Source: Mobula hypostoma (taxonomy: Eukaryota). Taken from it: DNA of 64,000 bases. How positions within the stretch are numbered: the stretch's first letter is position 1; each line of letters opens with the position of its first letter. Below are positions 37,241 through 50,578 of this stretch, piece after piece. Both the position numbers and the translations under genes were made by a program. A model generated the notes under the pieces. It was not told where the DNA came from, did no database searches, and worked only from the letters and a program-made list of their open reading frames with translations. The stretch lies in the NCBI RefSeq assembly GCF_963921235.1, contig NC_086097.1, positions 91,824,001 to 91,888,000 on the forward strand. Reading direction: 5' to 3'.

Positions 37241-37724
37241 GCTGTGCCTTCCAATTACCCTAGACTAATTGGACCAATGTAAAGCTTGTAATGAAGTTAC
37301 AATTATATTGATGGAATACAATACATGCTGCTCAGGCTGTTTATAAATAAACTAAAGAACATAGCACTAAATGTTTTCCTCAAAAATTGATATTCAATAG
37401 TAAAAATTTACAAATTTATGTATGACAACTAACGTGGACATTCAAGAAACAAGTCTAAAGTTTGAATATAGATTGTGATATTTTGACAAAGAGCTGGAGT
37501 TCTTAGCTTCAGGTGTTAATCTACAGTTGGAATGAATAAAATAGCCTGACAATTCAGTGGTATTGATGAATTGCTTAAGGTGCCATCCTTAAGCAAGCTA
37601 TCTTTATTCAGATGATTATAAATCACCAATGTTCTAATTAAACACCAATCCCTTATTAAAATACTGATTTGGTGGTCATTTAGTATTTCCTATTTGTACA
37701 TTGACAGGTTCTCCATTTTCCTAT

Positions 37725-38683
37725 ATACACAAGGATCAGTTCTGGGACCTCTACTCTTCGTGATTTTTATTAACGACCTGGATGTGCGGATAGAAGGGTG
37801 GGTTGGCAAGTTAGCAGATGACACAAAGGTTGGTGGTGTTGTACATACTGTAGAGGATTGTCGAAGATTGCACAGAGTCACTGATAGGTTGCAGAAGTGG
37901 GCTGAGAAGTGGCAAATGGAGTTCAACCCGGAGAAATGTGAGGTGGTACATTTTGGAAGGACAAAGTAAATGGCAGGATACTTGGTAGTGTGGAGCAGCA
38001 GAGGGATCTGGGGGTACATATCCACAGATCCCTGAAAGTTGCCTCACAGGTAGATAGGATAGTTAAGAAAGCTTATGGGGTGTTAGCTTTCATAAGTCCA
38101 GGGATAGAGTTTAAGAGTCGCGATGTAATGATGCAGCTCTGTAAAATTCTGGTTAGGCCACACTTGGAATACTGTGTCCAGTTCTGGTCGCCTCACTATA
38201 GGAAGGATGTGAAAGCATTGGAAAGGGTACAGAGGAGATTTATCAGGATGCTGCCTGGTTTAGAGAGTATGCATTATGATCAGAGATTAAGGGAGCTAGG
38301 GCTTTACTCTTTGGAGAGAAGGAGGATAAGAGGAGACATGATAGAGGTATACAAGATATTAAGAGGAATAGATAGAGTGGATAGCCAGCACCTCTTCCCC
38401 AGGGCACCACTGCTCAATACAAGAGGACATGGCTTTAAGGTAAGGGTGGGAAGTTCAAGGGGGATATTAGAGGAAGGTTTTTTACTCAGAGAGTGGTTGG
38501 TGCATGGAATACACTGCCTGAGTCAGTGGTGGAGGCAGATACACTCGTGAAATTTAAGGGACTACTAGACAGGTATATGGAGGAATTTAAGGTGGGGGGT
38601 TATATGGGGGGCAGGGTTTGAGGGTCGGCACAAAAAAGTGGGCTGAAGGGCCTGTACTGTGCTGTACTATTCTATGTTCTATA
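37725..38683 (+). mobile_element. CR1 LINE 3' part
   Basis: QGSVLGPLLFVIFINDLD...KLADDTKVGG...RPHLEYCVQFWSPHYRKD; ttctatgttcta tail. Confidence 0.93.
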
Positions 38684-38829
38684 CAGATGATGACATTTTT
38701 AGGATACCCAAAACATTAGAGATAATAAATTGATGCAACTTATTTACTACCAATTTAGTAAAGAATATGAACATATATTTGAAAAACATTTGTTCAACTA
38801 CTGTGCCTTCTGACTATAGAAGCATTGAT

Positions 38830-41468
38830 ATAACCATATAACAATTACAGCACGGAAACAGGCCATCTCGGCCCTTCTAGTCCGTACCGAACTCTTACTC
38901 TCACCTAGTCCCACCGACCTGCACTCAGCCCATAACCCTCCATTCCTTTCCTGTCCATATAGCTATCCAATTTAACTGTAAATGACAACATCTTTCTCTG
39001 TAACTTAGGAGATGAAACCCAGGCAACATTTTAGTAAACCTCCTCTGTACTCTCTCAACTTTATTGACATCTTTCCTATAATTCGGTGACCAGAACCCCA
39101 CACAACACTCCAAATCTGGCCCCACCAATGCCCTATACAACCTCAACACCACATCCCAACTCCTATACTCAATGCACTGATTAATAAAGGCCAGCATACC
39201 AGAAGCTTTCTTCACCACCCTATCCACATGAGATTCCACCTTCAGGGAACTATACACCATTATTCCTTGATCCCTCTGTGCTACAGCATTCTTCAATGCC
39301 CTACCATTTACCATGTATGTCATATTTTTTCATCCCAGTTTGGCAAAAGAATAAATCAAGGAAGGTAGTGCACCCATGGCTGACAAGGGAAATTAGGGAT
39401 AGTATCAATTCCAAAGAAGAAGCATACAAATTAGCCAGAAAAAGTGGCTCACCTGAGGACTGGGAGAAATTCAGAGTCCAGCAGAGGAGGACAAAGGGCT
39501 TAATTAGGAAGGGAAAAAAGATTATGAGAGAAAACTGGCAGGGAACATAAAAACTGACTGTAAAAGCTTTTATAGATATGTGAAAAGAAAAAGATTGGTT
39601 AAGACAAATGTAGGTCCCCTACAGACAGAAACAGGTGAATTGATTATGGGGAGCAAGGACATGGCAGACCAATTGAATAACTACTTTGGTTCTGCCTTCA
39701 CTAAAGAGGACATAAATAATCTTCCGGAAATAGTAGGAGACAGAGGGTCCAGTGAGATGGAGGAACGGAGGGAAATACATGTTAGTAGGAAAGTGGTGTT
39801 AGGTCAATTGAAGGGCCAGATGGTCTGCATCCCAGAGTGCTTAAGGAAGTAGCCCAAGAAACAGTGGATGCATTAGTGATAATTTTTCAAAACTCTTTAG
39901 ATTCTGGACTAGTTCCTGAGGATTGGAGGGTGGCTAATGTAACCCCACTTTTTAAAAAAGGACGGAGAGAGGAACCGGGGAATTATAGTCCGGTTAGCCT
40001 GACATCGGTGGTGGGGAAGATGCTAGAGTCAGTTATCAAAGATGTGACAACAGCACATTTGGAAAGCGGTGAAATCATCGGACAAAGTCAGCATGGATTT
40101 GTGAAAGGAAAATCATGTCTGACGAATCTCATAGAATTTTTTGAGGATGTAACTAGTAGAGTGGATAGGGGAGAACCAGTGGATGTGGTATATTTGGAGT
40201 TTCAAAAGGCTTTTGACAAGGTCCCACACAGGAGATTAGTGTGCAAACTTAAAGCACACGGTATTGGGGGTAAGGTATTGATGTGGATAGAGAATTGGTT
40301 GGCAGACAGGAAGCAAAGAGTGGGAATAAACGGGACCTTTTCAGAATGGCAGGCAGTGACTAGTGGGGTACCGCAAGGCTCAGTGCTGGGACCCCAGTTC
40401 TTTACAATAATATATCAATGACTTGGATGACGGAATTAAATGCAGTATCTCCACGTTTGCAGATGACACAAAGCTGGGCAGCAGTGTTAGCTGTGAGGAG
40501 GATGCTAAGAGGATGCAGGGTGACTTGGATAGGTTAGGTGAGTGGGCAAATTCATGGCAGATGCAACTTAATGTGGATAAATGTGAGGTTACCCACTTTA
40601 GTGTCAAAAACAGGAAAACAGATTATTATCTGAGTGGTGGCCGATTAGGAAAAGTGGAGGTGCAACAAGACCTGGGTGTCATTATACACCAGTCATTGAA
40701 AGTGGGCATGTAGGTACAGCAGGCGGTGAAAAAGGCGAATGGTATGCTGGCATTCATAGCAAGAGAACTTGAGTACAGGAGCAGGGAGGTACTACTGCAG
40801 CTGTACAAGGCCTTGGCAAGACGACACCCGGAGCAGCGTGTGCAGTTTCGGTCCCCCAATCTGAGGAAAGACATCCTTGCCATAGAGGGAGTACAAAGGT
40901 TCACCAGATTGATTCCTGGGATGGCAGGACTTTCATATGATTAAAGACTGGATCCACTAGGCTTATATTCGTTGGAATTTAGAAGATTGAGGGGGGATCT
41001 TATTGAAACATATAAAATCCTAAAGGGATTGGACAGGCTAGATGCAGGAAGATTGTTCCCGATGTTGGGGAAGTCCAGAACAAGGGGTCACAGTTTGAGG
41101 ATAAAGGGGAAGCCTTTTAGGACCGAGATTAGGAAAAGCTTCTTCACACAGAGAGTGGTGAATCTGTGGAATTCTCTGCCACAGGAAACAATTGAGGCCA
41201 GTTCATTTGGCTATATTTAAGAGGGAGTTAGATATGGCCCTTGTGACTAAAGGGATCAGGGGTATGGGGGGGGGGAAGGCTGGTACAGGGTTCTGAGTTG
41301 GATAATCAGCCATGATCATTCTGAATGGCGGTGCAGGCTCGAAGGTCCGAATGGCCTACTCCTGCACCTATTTTCTATGTTTCTATTTTGATTAGTCCTA
41401 CCAAAATGTAGCACCTCACATTTTTCAGCATTAAACTCCATCTGCCATCTTTCAGCCCACTCTTCTAA
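38830..41468 (-). mobile_element. CR1 fragment (38830-39325 and 41386-41468) split by a younger, opposite-strand CR1
   Basis: The reading EEWAERWQMEFNAEKCEVLHFGRTNQN (41386-41468) continues as MTYMVNGRALKNAV on the other side of the insertion. Confidence 0.85.
39326..41386 (+). mobile_element. CR1 LINE (RT region to 3' tail)
   Basis: PEDWRVANVTPLFKKG, QHGFVKGKSCLTNL, SGVPQGSVLGP, FADDTKLG, RGDLIETYKILKG. Confidence 0.93.
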
Positions 41469-41472
41469 TATA

Positions 41473-42312
41473 CAGTGGATTCCAGTTAATTGGGACACAT
41501 CGAGACCAGTACATTTTGGCCCAATTAAGAACCTGCCCTAATTAGCCAAAGATTTATGGAGATAGTTAAAAAGATATTTTAAAAAAGACAAACTATCATT
41601 CAACTCAGTAACGAATTATGTATTTAAATGAAGTTCGAAACAAATTAGAACAATCCCAATACTACTACAGTCCTATAAAATTGTGTATTAGTTCCCAATA
41701 GTTACCTACAGAGGAATTCATCCAGTGCACGCTGCGTATTCTTTTGATTAACTGTAAATGAACAAAACCAGTGCAGACATCTACTGTAGATAATTACTGC
41801 CTATATACGAAGCTTTCACTAATTGCATCCTCAAAATCTTCATTTTCATTTTAACATTCAAGATCATTTTCAATACCTTCGAATTCTTTGGAGTTCCTAA
41901 CTTGTTGAAGTAGTGAAATTGGTTCATTTACACTCCTGGTCGTTTCTGGCATCTCCAAGCCCCAATGCTTGAAATGGTAGAGAGCAAAACAGTTCTGAAT
42001 TCTCTCACTGCTTATTTCTCACCAACTATCTGTAAAATCACGGCTTTTTGAACACAAACACACACAACCGAAGCTGTTTAAAAACTGTTTGCTCTAAGCA
42101 CGATATAATGTCTAACAGCGACACAGGTATGCACAAGCGACACTAGTCAGAAACTGTTCAGCAACAGTCTCCTGTCCCAATTAAGCAGCCTAGTGTCTCA
42201 AATAAACAGAAGAAATCCTGGATGTTTTCTTGATTAAGTTTTGTTCTTTAAGAGTTGTCCCAAATAAGCAGTTGTCTGATTAACTGATGGTCCAATTAAC
42301 TAGAATGCACTG
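41473..42312 (-). mobile_element. Non-autonomous Tigger/pogo element
   Basis: TA TSDs; TIRs CAGTGGATTCCAGTTAATTGG / CAGTGCATTCTAGTTAATTGG; remnant DSW*EISSERIQNCF (pogo W...I.NCF motif). Confidence 0.82.
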
Positions 42313-44379
42313 TATTGTATTTTTAAACATCTGCAAAAAATGTAGTAATTATAACTGTGTTTATTACTGAAATCTCAAATTGATTTCTTGGGTTAAACTC
42401 AAAAAAAATGATTCAAAATTAATTTAAAGTTGGTTAAAGTTCAGTCGCAATCAAAATGCTTCTCTTTCCTTAAGAGACACAAAATACGTGGCAAGAAAAA
42501 AAATCCCAAATTGAACCTCGTTTAATTCAGTGTTAGTGAAGAATTTCTCACTAAACACTGTAATCAAACTAGACTCCTTAATAAAATTATTTTACAGATC
42601 CTATCAAATACCTGATGGTTCAGCAAAATTTCCCAGTAAGCAAATTTCAAACAGACTCAGAAGGAATATGCTTGATCTGCAGAATCAGCTGGTATCAATT
42701 GACATTTGTCTCCGCCTGCTTAATCTAAAGAGATCAGATCATGTCTCCCAGGCTGGTTGCAGGATGACTGAGATGTCTCTACCAATAACATGCCAACCAT
42801 CTCACATCGATCCAACTGGTCCCAAAGGTCGTCTTCTGCTGGATTCAACCCGATGACGATTGATATCTCATGATCTGCCTATTTGTGGAAACCAAGCTCA
42901 GATTTGGTTGGAAAACTCCCAACACAGAAGATGAAAGATACACTATCATGGCACTACCTCACTGAAGAGCAACCAATGCTCTTTGGATCAATCCCCAGCT
43001 GAAGAGACAACTGGCAGAAAAATAGTGAAAACCACATGGTGTGCAATCCACTTAGCAGATTCTTCAAAAAACAAAGCCTATGCAAACAAAAAACATCCAG
43101 TTATTTACTTTGCATTTTACAACACTGAACAAGGTTTCACTCCATTTAAATTACTTCCTTTGTGATAAAAACATGTGAGGTTCTTGCCAGTCACTCCTCC
43201 TTTTATCTGCCATAAACAATAGAATTTCAGATGTACCAACAGGCACTGGAGATTTCAGTATTTAATGAATGTCAGTCTTGTCTAAACTAGAGATTTTTGT
43301 GGTCATTTCTCACTTCCGATTTCATTACATCTGGTTTGTGAATAAACTGGTTCTCCACTTGCCTATAAGCATTTCGTGATTATACACTACAGTTCAATAT
43401 GTTGTACTTTGCCAAACACAAAAGTAAATCATTTGGCTGCTGGTAAATATGTTACTCAATTGCTTCTAAATTTAAGGTGGTGGGGGGGGGGGGGAGGAGG
43501 AAGAAATTCAATGGAACTGCTTAGCACAGATTGTTCACATACTCTCCCTTCAGCACTGCCTGCTCCACTTGTACATGGGTCAAGTATGCACTTAGTCCCT
43601 GTAACTAACATGCCAAATAGTGCTTTGGGGGAAAAATAAACAATTGCAATTAAATACATAGACAATTTAAAGTAATAAAAATATTTACAATTACAGATTA
43701 CAAACAGTACAATATTGTCTAAAACACCTGCAAAAACTGAAGCCTACTCCCAATTATGACAGCGTTATGCAGCAAGGTGACTGAACAGCAGTTACATTTT
43801 AAAAGCTTTCTAAGATAAACATCATCATAATTAAATATTTCTATAAATCTGCAATGATCAAGCGGTCAGAGGCTCATTCTTCTTTGTACTCATTTTTAAA
43901 AGCAGCATCGCCTGTGGTATCCATAGCTTAATTCATTTAAACAATCATTGTCCCAATTTACAGGCTTCCCACACTTCTGCCAAACCCGTAAAACTTTTTA
44001 AACAATGGGGATTTGATAAAAATGCATACACAAAAAGAAATATTTCAATATATCGTCACCAATGTTGAAGCTATTATCTCCTCTCTGTTTCTCCCTTGCA
44101 TCATTTCGAGGCAGACAACAATCCTTGCCCTTTGGTAGTTCATCATCCCTATTTACACCAGATACTTCTCGCCTCCATCCCAGCCTTGTCACCCGCCACC
44201 GATCCCACCCTGTGTCATTTACTCTCTCTGTCTTTCTGTCTCTCCGTCTTAATTCTGCAAGCCTGCATCAGCCCTGCCGGGCAATAATTCTGCCACACTC
44301 CTTGCCCTCCCCCACTTCTCACCCTTAATTTGAACACAGACAAGTCCAGACGCCCCAATTGCAGCCCACTGCCACCTTT

Positions 44380-44810
44380 AATCGTCCACTGCTATGCCAG
44401 CCGTGCCCGCAGCCCTTCTGCCTTGTACCTGGGTATACAGCTGGGCGAAGAGCCGTCTATCTCCCAGGTGGCAAAGAGGTTCATAGGCACGGGCTTGTTG
44501 AGTCCGGACGAACCAGTGAAACTGAGTCTCCCCTTCTCGGCCATGCTGCGTGTGTCAGTAGTCGGTGTACATACTATGATCGGGTACCGCTATCCCCAGC
44601 ACCTCCTCCAATCTTGCAACCGCTCTCCCCGGCTTCCTTCACCGCAGCGCCGGACAACCCACCGGAAACGCATCACACCGACTGCGCGCTCCGGCAGCCC
44701 CCGCCCCCGCGCGCGTCCCCGCAGCTCGAGTTGACGTCACCGGCTCGCTCACACACCCAACGGACTTTCGCCGGCGAGAGGTGTGTGAGTGCGTGGTCCT
44801 TGCTTCTCCG
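44380..44810. promoter_or_regulatory. CpG-island promoter of PACS2 with a full CRE (TGACGTCA 44732-44739) and GC boxes (~44698-44720)
   Basis: The only non-repeat CpG-dense stretch in the window. It overlaps exon 1 and contains ccccgcccccgcgcgcg and a palindromic CRE about 190 bp upstream of the ATG. Confidence 0.85.
44429..44544 (-). CDS. PACS2: PACS2 (phosphofurin acidic cluster sorting protein 2) coding exon 1
   Basis: Reverse complement reads ATG GCC GAG AAG GGG AGA...TGT ATA CCC AG|GTACAA = [38 protein letters not shown](R). This closely matches the vertebrate PACS2 N-terminus (MAERGRL...[22 protein letters not shown]). 116 nt, with a phase-2 GT donor at 44428-44427. Missed by the ORF track. 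Confidence 0.95.
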
Positions 44811-45051
44811 AACTTAATTTGGACGTTCTCACTGGCAGGCAGGGTCTGGCCTTTGGCAACCCTGGGGATTTTAGCCCAGAATCTCGTCTACACTCCCACT
44901 GCGCGGGTGGAAGAGCTCACCCCTTGGGGTGGGGGCACATTCCTGGTAGGGGAATAGCTGAGTCTTGAGGGGAGCACAGTCCCGGTGGGTTTGCGCACTC
45001 CCTGAAGTAAGGGGCATAGTGATGGGGGAGATTACAGTCCTGAGGGAAGGA

Positions 45052-45365
45052 AACAAAAGGGAAAATCTGCAGGTGCTGGAAATTAAAGTAATACACACAA
45101 AATGCTGGATGAATTTAGCAGATCGGGCAGCTTCTATGAAAAAGGGTAAACAGTTAACGTTTCCAGCTGCGGTTCTTCATCAGGACTGGAAAAATGAGAT
45201 AAGAAGCCAGACTAAGAAGGTAGGGGGAGGGGAGGAAGAAGTACAAGGTAGTAGGTGAAACTGGGAGGTGGCGGGGGGCGTGAAGTAAAGAGCTGGGAAG
45301 TCGGTTGCTGAAAGAGATAAAGGGCTGGAGAAGGCAGAATCTGATAGGAGAGTCCAGTCATTCTC
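45052..45365 (-). mobile_element. Penelope-like terminal fragment with hammerhead remnant (~45151-45188)
   Basis: Minus strand reads cAGTC CTGATGA...GAAACGTT AACTg; stem II is decayed. Confidence 0.75.
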
Positions 45366-45581
45366 AGGTGGGTGTGCACAATGCTGGGGAGAAGAGGGCA
45401 GGGGGGGCGGAGTGTAGAGGTAGTGACAGCAGAGTTCTGAGGAAAGAAATGCAGTCTTGTAGTGTTGGCGGGGGAACAGCAGAGTCTTCAGCAGGCAGTG
45501 AAGCACAGTCCTGAGGGAGGAGTGCATTATTATGAGAAGGCACAATCCTGGGGGGAGGGGGCAAGAGAGCACTCCTGAGGG

Positions 45582-46138
45582 AAACATAGAAAATAGGTAC
45601 AGGAGTAGGCCATTCGGCCCTTCGAGCCTGCACCGCCATTTATTATGATCATGGCTGATCATCCAACTCAGAACCCCACCCCAGCCTTCCCTCCATACCC
45701 CCTGACCCCTGTAGCCACAAGGGCCATATCTAACTCCCTCTTAAACATAGCCAATGAACTGGCCTCAACAGTTTGCTGTGGCAGAGAATTCCACAGATTC
45801 ACCACTCTCTGTGTGAAGAAGTTTTTCCTAATCTCGGTCCTAAAAGGCTTCCCCTCTATCCTCAAACTGTGACCCCTCGTTCTGGAACTCCCCAACATCG
45901 GGAACAATCTTCCCGCATCTAGCCTGTCCAATCCCTTTAGGATCTTATACGTTTCAATCAGATCCCCCCTCAATCTTCTAAATTCCAACGAGTACAAGCC
46001 CAGTTCATCCAGTCTTTCTTCATATGAAAGACCTGCCATCCCAGGAATCAATCTGGTGAACCTTCTTTGTACTCCCTCTATGGCAAAGATGTCTTTCCTC
46101 AGATTAGGGGACCAAAACTGCACACAATACTCCAGGTG
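45582..46138 (-). mobile_element. Young CR1 3' fragment with uninterrupted ORF2 C-terminus
   Basis: HLEYCVQFWSPNLRKD...RGDLIETYKILKGLDRLDAGRLFP... with no stops; same subfamily as 39326-41386. Confidence 0.93.
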
Positions 46139-46429
46139 TGAGTGAGTGAGGACCAAAGGGAAGTGTACAGTCCTGGGGGACATGTAGTTTTGAGTACTGA
46201 AGGACTATTCAGTGAGGGAATGCATTAGTGGGTGAAGAGTACAATACTGAAATACTGTATTGCTGCATTGCCAGAGGTGGCATCTTTCTGCTGGGAAACC
46301 CAAGTACAAAGAAGAACAGGAGATTTCTTACCTGCTCATGTTTGGATCAATAAGTGTAATTGAGTCTCCATCGCTAAAATAGATTATCTGTTTGTTATCA
46401 CATTTCCCTTTATAGATCTTTGTTAGAAT

Positions 46430-47950
46430 ATAAAACAGAAGAGTACAGCACAGCTACAGGCCCTTTGGCCGAGAATGTTGTGCCAGACCAATTAAATTAG
46501 TAATCAAGTGGCCAACTAAATTAATCTCTTCTGCCTACGCAATTTCTATGTCCTTCTATTTTCCTCACATTTGGGTGCCTCATAAATGTCTCTTAAAAGT
46601 CCCTAATGTTATCTGCCTTTACCACTACCCCACATTCCAGCACCCACCACTCTGTGTAAAAAAAACTTAACCCTCATATCTCCTTTGAAATTACCCCCTC
46701 TCACCTTAAATGCATGGCCTCTGGTATTAGACATTTCAACCCTGGAAAAAAGATACTGCCTCTCTGCACCTCCCACAATCTTATAAACCATTATCAGATC
46801 TCCCCTCAGTCTCCACCACTCCAGGGAAAATGACCCAAGTTTGTCCAACCTCTTATGGTAGCAGGTGCCCTCTAATCCAGGCAGCATCCTAGTAAACCTC
46901 TTCCGCTCCCTCTCTAGAGCCTTGATGTCTTTCCTATAATGGGGTGACTAGAACTGTATACAATTCTCCAGATGTGGTCTATATTATAAAGCTGCAACAT
47001 AACTTTCTGACTTTTGAACTCAGTGCCTTAACTCATAAAAGCAAGCATGCCATACGCCTTCATAACCACCCTCTCAAACTGTCATGATGAGGCCGCACTT
47101 AGTTTGGAGAACAAGGCCTTATATTCCGTTTGGGTAGCCTCCAACCTGATGGCATGAACATCAATTTCTCAAACTTCCAGTAATGCCCCCTTTCACCATT
47201 CCCCATCCCCCATCCCCTTTTCCCTCTCTCACCTTACCTCCTTGCCCACCCATCACCTCCCTCTGGTGCTCCTCCCCACTTTTCTTTCCTTCTGTCTCTT
47301 TCACCAATCAACTTCCCAGCTCCTTACTTCTTCATTCCTCCTCCAGGTTTCATCTATCACCTTCTGTTTCTCTCTCCCGTCCCCCCACTTTTTAAATATA
47401 CTCCCTAGTTTTTTTCTCAAGTCCTGCCTAAAATATCGACTGTACTCTTTTCCTGGATGCTGCCTGGCCTGCTGAGTTCCTCCTGCAATTTGTGTGTGTT
47501 GCTCTATCAAACTGTGTAGTCACTTTTCGGGAGCTATGAACTTGGACCCCAAGTTCCCTCTGCTTATCAACACTTTTAAGGATCTTGCCCTTAACAGTGT
47601 ACTGTCTCTTTACATTTGACCTACCAAGGAGCATCATTTCACATTTGGCTGGGTTAAACTCTTTCTGCATCCATATCCACAACTGATCTATATCCTGCTG
47701 TATTCTTTGTCAGTCTTCTATGCTATCCACAACACCATCAATTTTTGTAACATCAGCAAACTTACTAACCCACCCGTTTTCATTTTCGTCCAGATCATTT
47801 GTATACGTCACAGTCAGCAGAGTTCCAGTGCAGATACTTGCAGAACTCCACTATTATCAGACCTCCAAATAGAACAAATCCCGTCGACCACTACCGTCGA
47901 TCTTCTATGGGCAAAACAGCTCTGAATCCATATGGCCAAATAGTCACTAA
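46430..47950 (-). mobile_element. CR1 fragment interrupted by a Penelope 3' fragment (47083-47502, +)
   Basis: CR1 motifs on both sides; TCAAACTGT duplicated at 47074-47082 and 47507-47515; the insert encodes FRLGSLQPDGMNINFSNF. Confidence 0.85.
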
Positions 47951-48187
47951 CGTAAACAACAAACACACCCAAGGTTGTGGTGAGGGCAGCTCACAAGTCG
48001 CTACAATTCCGGCTCCAACACAGCATACCCACAATGCTCGGCAGAACAACACCAAACACAACAAAACAGGAGATACCAAACAACAAAGCAATGATAGTGA
48101 AACGAGTTCTGTTCTTCCCTCCCTCCCACACACCCACACATCCAAACACATACACAGTCCAGGAGAGGCCATCTCCTTCATTCTCAG

Positions 48188-48535
48188 GTGTATAAGATAA
48201 TAAGTGGTACTGATCATATTGATAGCCCGAGGGTCTTTCCCAGGACTGAAATGGCTAACATGAGGGGGCATAGTCTTAAGGTGCTTGGAAATAGGTAAAA
48301 GGGGGGATGTCAGAGGTAAGTGTGGTGGGTGCGTGGAATGCACTGCCAGCGAAGATGGTAGAGGTGGATGCGATTAGGTCTTTTAAGAGACTTAGATAGG
48401 TTCATGGATCTTAGAAAAATAGAGGGCTATGCAGTAGGAAAATTCTAAGCAGCTTCTAGAGTAGGCTACATGGTCGGCACAACATTGTGGACCAAAAGGC
48501 CTGTAATGTTCCGTAGATTTTCTATGTTCTATGTC
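48188..48535 (+). mobile_element. CR1 3' fragment
   Basis: 3' UTR similar to the copies ending near 60437 and 11100; ttctatgttctatg tail. Confidence 0.8.
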
Positions 48536-48749
48536 TCCAGTGGACTTGTGGATTTGCAGACACTGGGTCCCAATTTATCCAACAGACTCACAGAGATTCG
48601 CACACCCTGTCTCCAGCCATCAGGCCTCGAATTCTGGACTTCTGATCAAACTTCAGGCCTCAATCTAGACCTCTGTTCAATCTTCAGGCTTCAAGCCAGA
48701 CCTCTGATCGACCTTTGGGCTTTGATCCAGACTTCCAATCAACATTTGT

Positions 48750-49093
48750 GCTTCCATTTGGATCCAAGGACAGCAGACCATAGAATAAAGAGAAGGAGAT
48801 GGGGCACCACATGGAAGATGGTGAAGATGTGGGTAGGTTGTGAGGGTGGACAGGGTAAAGTGAAAGAGATAAGGGACCACAGGGATAAGAGGGTAGGGGG
48901 CTTGCTGAGGGGAGTGGTTGTTAGAGAAATCAATTTTGATGCCATCAGTTCAGAGACTACAAGATGGAATATTTGGTGTTTGCTCCTCCAATTTGCGTCT
49001 TCCTCAGCCACTGAAAGGACTCAGCTCATTTGTGTTCACTCCCATCCAGGCTGGAGGGACTGCCTTCAGATGTGCTGTGCAATTCCTTTTTTC

Positions 49094-49141
<48 letters not shown>

Positions 49142-49627
49142 GTCTGGTAACATCAATATCAATTTATCTAGCTTGCTGCAACCACTCCTTCTGTTCCCCT
49201 TCCCTGCAATTTTCCTTATTCCTGTGGCCCCTTTGCCCCTTCCTCTCCCCTACCATTACCCTCACCCTCACAATCTATCCATCACGTTTACCTTCCACCC
49301 TCTGGTTCTGCATCTGCTTCCCTTTATTCCATGGTCTACTATCCTCTCCTATCAGATTCCTTCTTCTTCAGCCCTTTGCCTCTTCTACCCATTACCTGCC
49401 AGCTTCCCCCATCGTTCCGTTTCTCAACTTCCTCACCTGGATTCACCTATCACCTGCCAAGCTCATTACTCTCCCACTTGCCCTTTCCCTACACTTTTAT
49501 TCTAGCTTCTCCCTTCTTTTCCAGACTTGATGTAAGGTCCCTGGCTAAAATATCGGCTGTTTATTTCCCTCCATAGATGCTACTTGACCTACTTGCCAGA
49601 GTTCCTCCAGCATTTTGTGTGTGTTAC
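48750..49627. mobile_element. Old Penelope fragments in both orientations around a (CT)n microsatellite (~49095-49137)
   Basis: EDANWRSKHQIFHL..ELMASKLISL relic on the minus strand; terminal gatgct...gttcctccagcattttgtgtgtgtt on the plus strand. Confidence 0.6.
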
Positions 49628-50009
49628 AGTAAACACAAAATGTATTTAATTAACTGAACTAACTTACAACGAACAATGATCGTAGGTTGCTACTTGCTGG
49701 AGGCCACTCTAGCATTTGGAAATGCTAGGAAATCTGGAAATCAAGAAGGCCACCTCTTACTCTTGATGTATCTCTAAATTTAAAAAAAATTACAAGTGCT
49801 TGCATTACAGAAAATCACAATGCAGACGGTTTTCCAAGAATGCAACCCTTCCATAATGCAAGGGTACTCAGAGCTTGATGGGCAGCATGGACAAGCTGAG
49901 CTGAAGGATTTTTTTTGTGCTAAATGATAAGGAGACAAGAAGGTGAAACTAATAAATTATACTTAAAAGGTAGAATTGGATGAAAGCAATCTTGTCATAT
50001 TAAATTAGT

Positions 50010-50578
50010 TGGGATGATATGTTGCAGTTGTACAAGATGTTGTTGGGTCCATATTTGGAATATTGTGTTCAGTTTTGGTCAACATGCTACAGGAAAGATG
50101 CCATTAAGCTAGAAAGAGTACAGAGAAGATTTATGAGGACATTGCCAGGACTTGAGTGACCGAGTTATGGAAAGAAATTGAGCAGGTTGGAACATTTTTC
50201 ACCGCAGTGTAGGAGAATGAGGGGTGATCTTATAGAGGTATACTGTGTAAAATCGAGAGATATAGCTAGAGCAAATTTTTCTCAGGGTTGAGGAAGTAAG
50301 AACTAGGGGCATAAGATTGGGAGAGTGGACAGATTTAGTAGGAACCTGAAGAGAAACTTTTTTCACCCAGAGGCTGGTCAGTATATGGAATGAGCTGCCA
50401 GAGGAAGTGGTTGGGCCAGGTATATTAACAGCATTTAAAAGGTACTAGGACAGATACATGGATAGGAATGGTTTGGAGGAATATTGGCTAAACATGGGCA
50501 AGTGGTACAAGCTTAGAATGGGATCTTGTTTGATATGGACCAGTTGGGCTAAAGGGCAGGTTTCCATGCTCTATGACT
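50010..50578 (+). mobile_element. Old CR1 3' fragment
   Basis: PYLEYCVQFWSTCYRKDAIKLERVQRRF relic. Confidence 0.85.

Larger units (their letters stand above)
1..44428 (-). other. PACS2: PACS2 intron 1 (probably continues beyond position 1)
   Basis: Starts at the GT donor after exon 1. A by-eye scan found no segment encoding the expected exon 2 peptide (LCSLTLKKL...VIAVKMQ). Confidence 0.7.

Noticed and set aside
37990..38550. Long ORFs of 150-195 aa here and at 39837, 45668, 58522 and 59790
   Set aside because: All are fragments of CR1 ORF2, not host genes.
43476..43500. G-run with G-quadruplex potential
   Set aside because: A simple homopolymer tract on the PACS2 template strand; nothing else suggests a function.
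44330..44817. Plus-strand ORFs of 134 and 152 aa over the CpG island
   Set aside because: They are antisense to PACS2 exon 1, use non-ATG starts and are explained by GC richness; no recognisable protein.
48470..49576. 226, 195 and 166 aa ORFs
   Set aside because: They run through a CR1 tail, Penelope UTR and a (CT)n tract; low-complexity artefacts.
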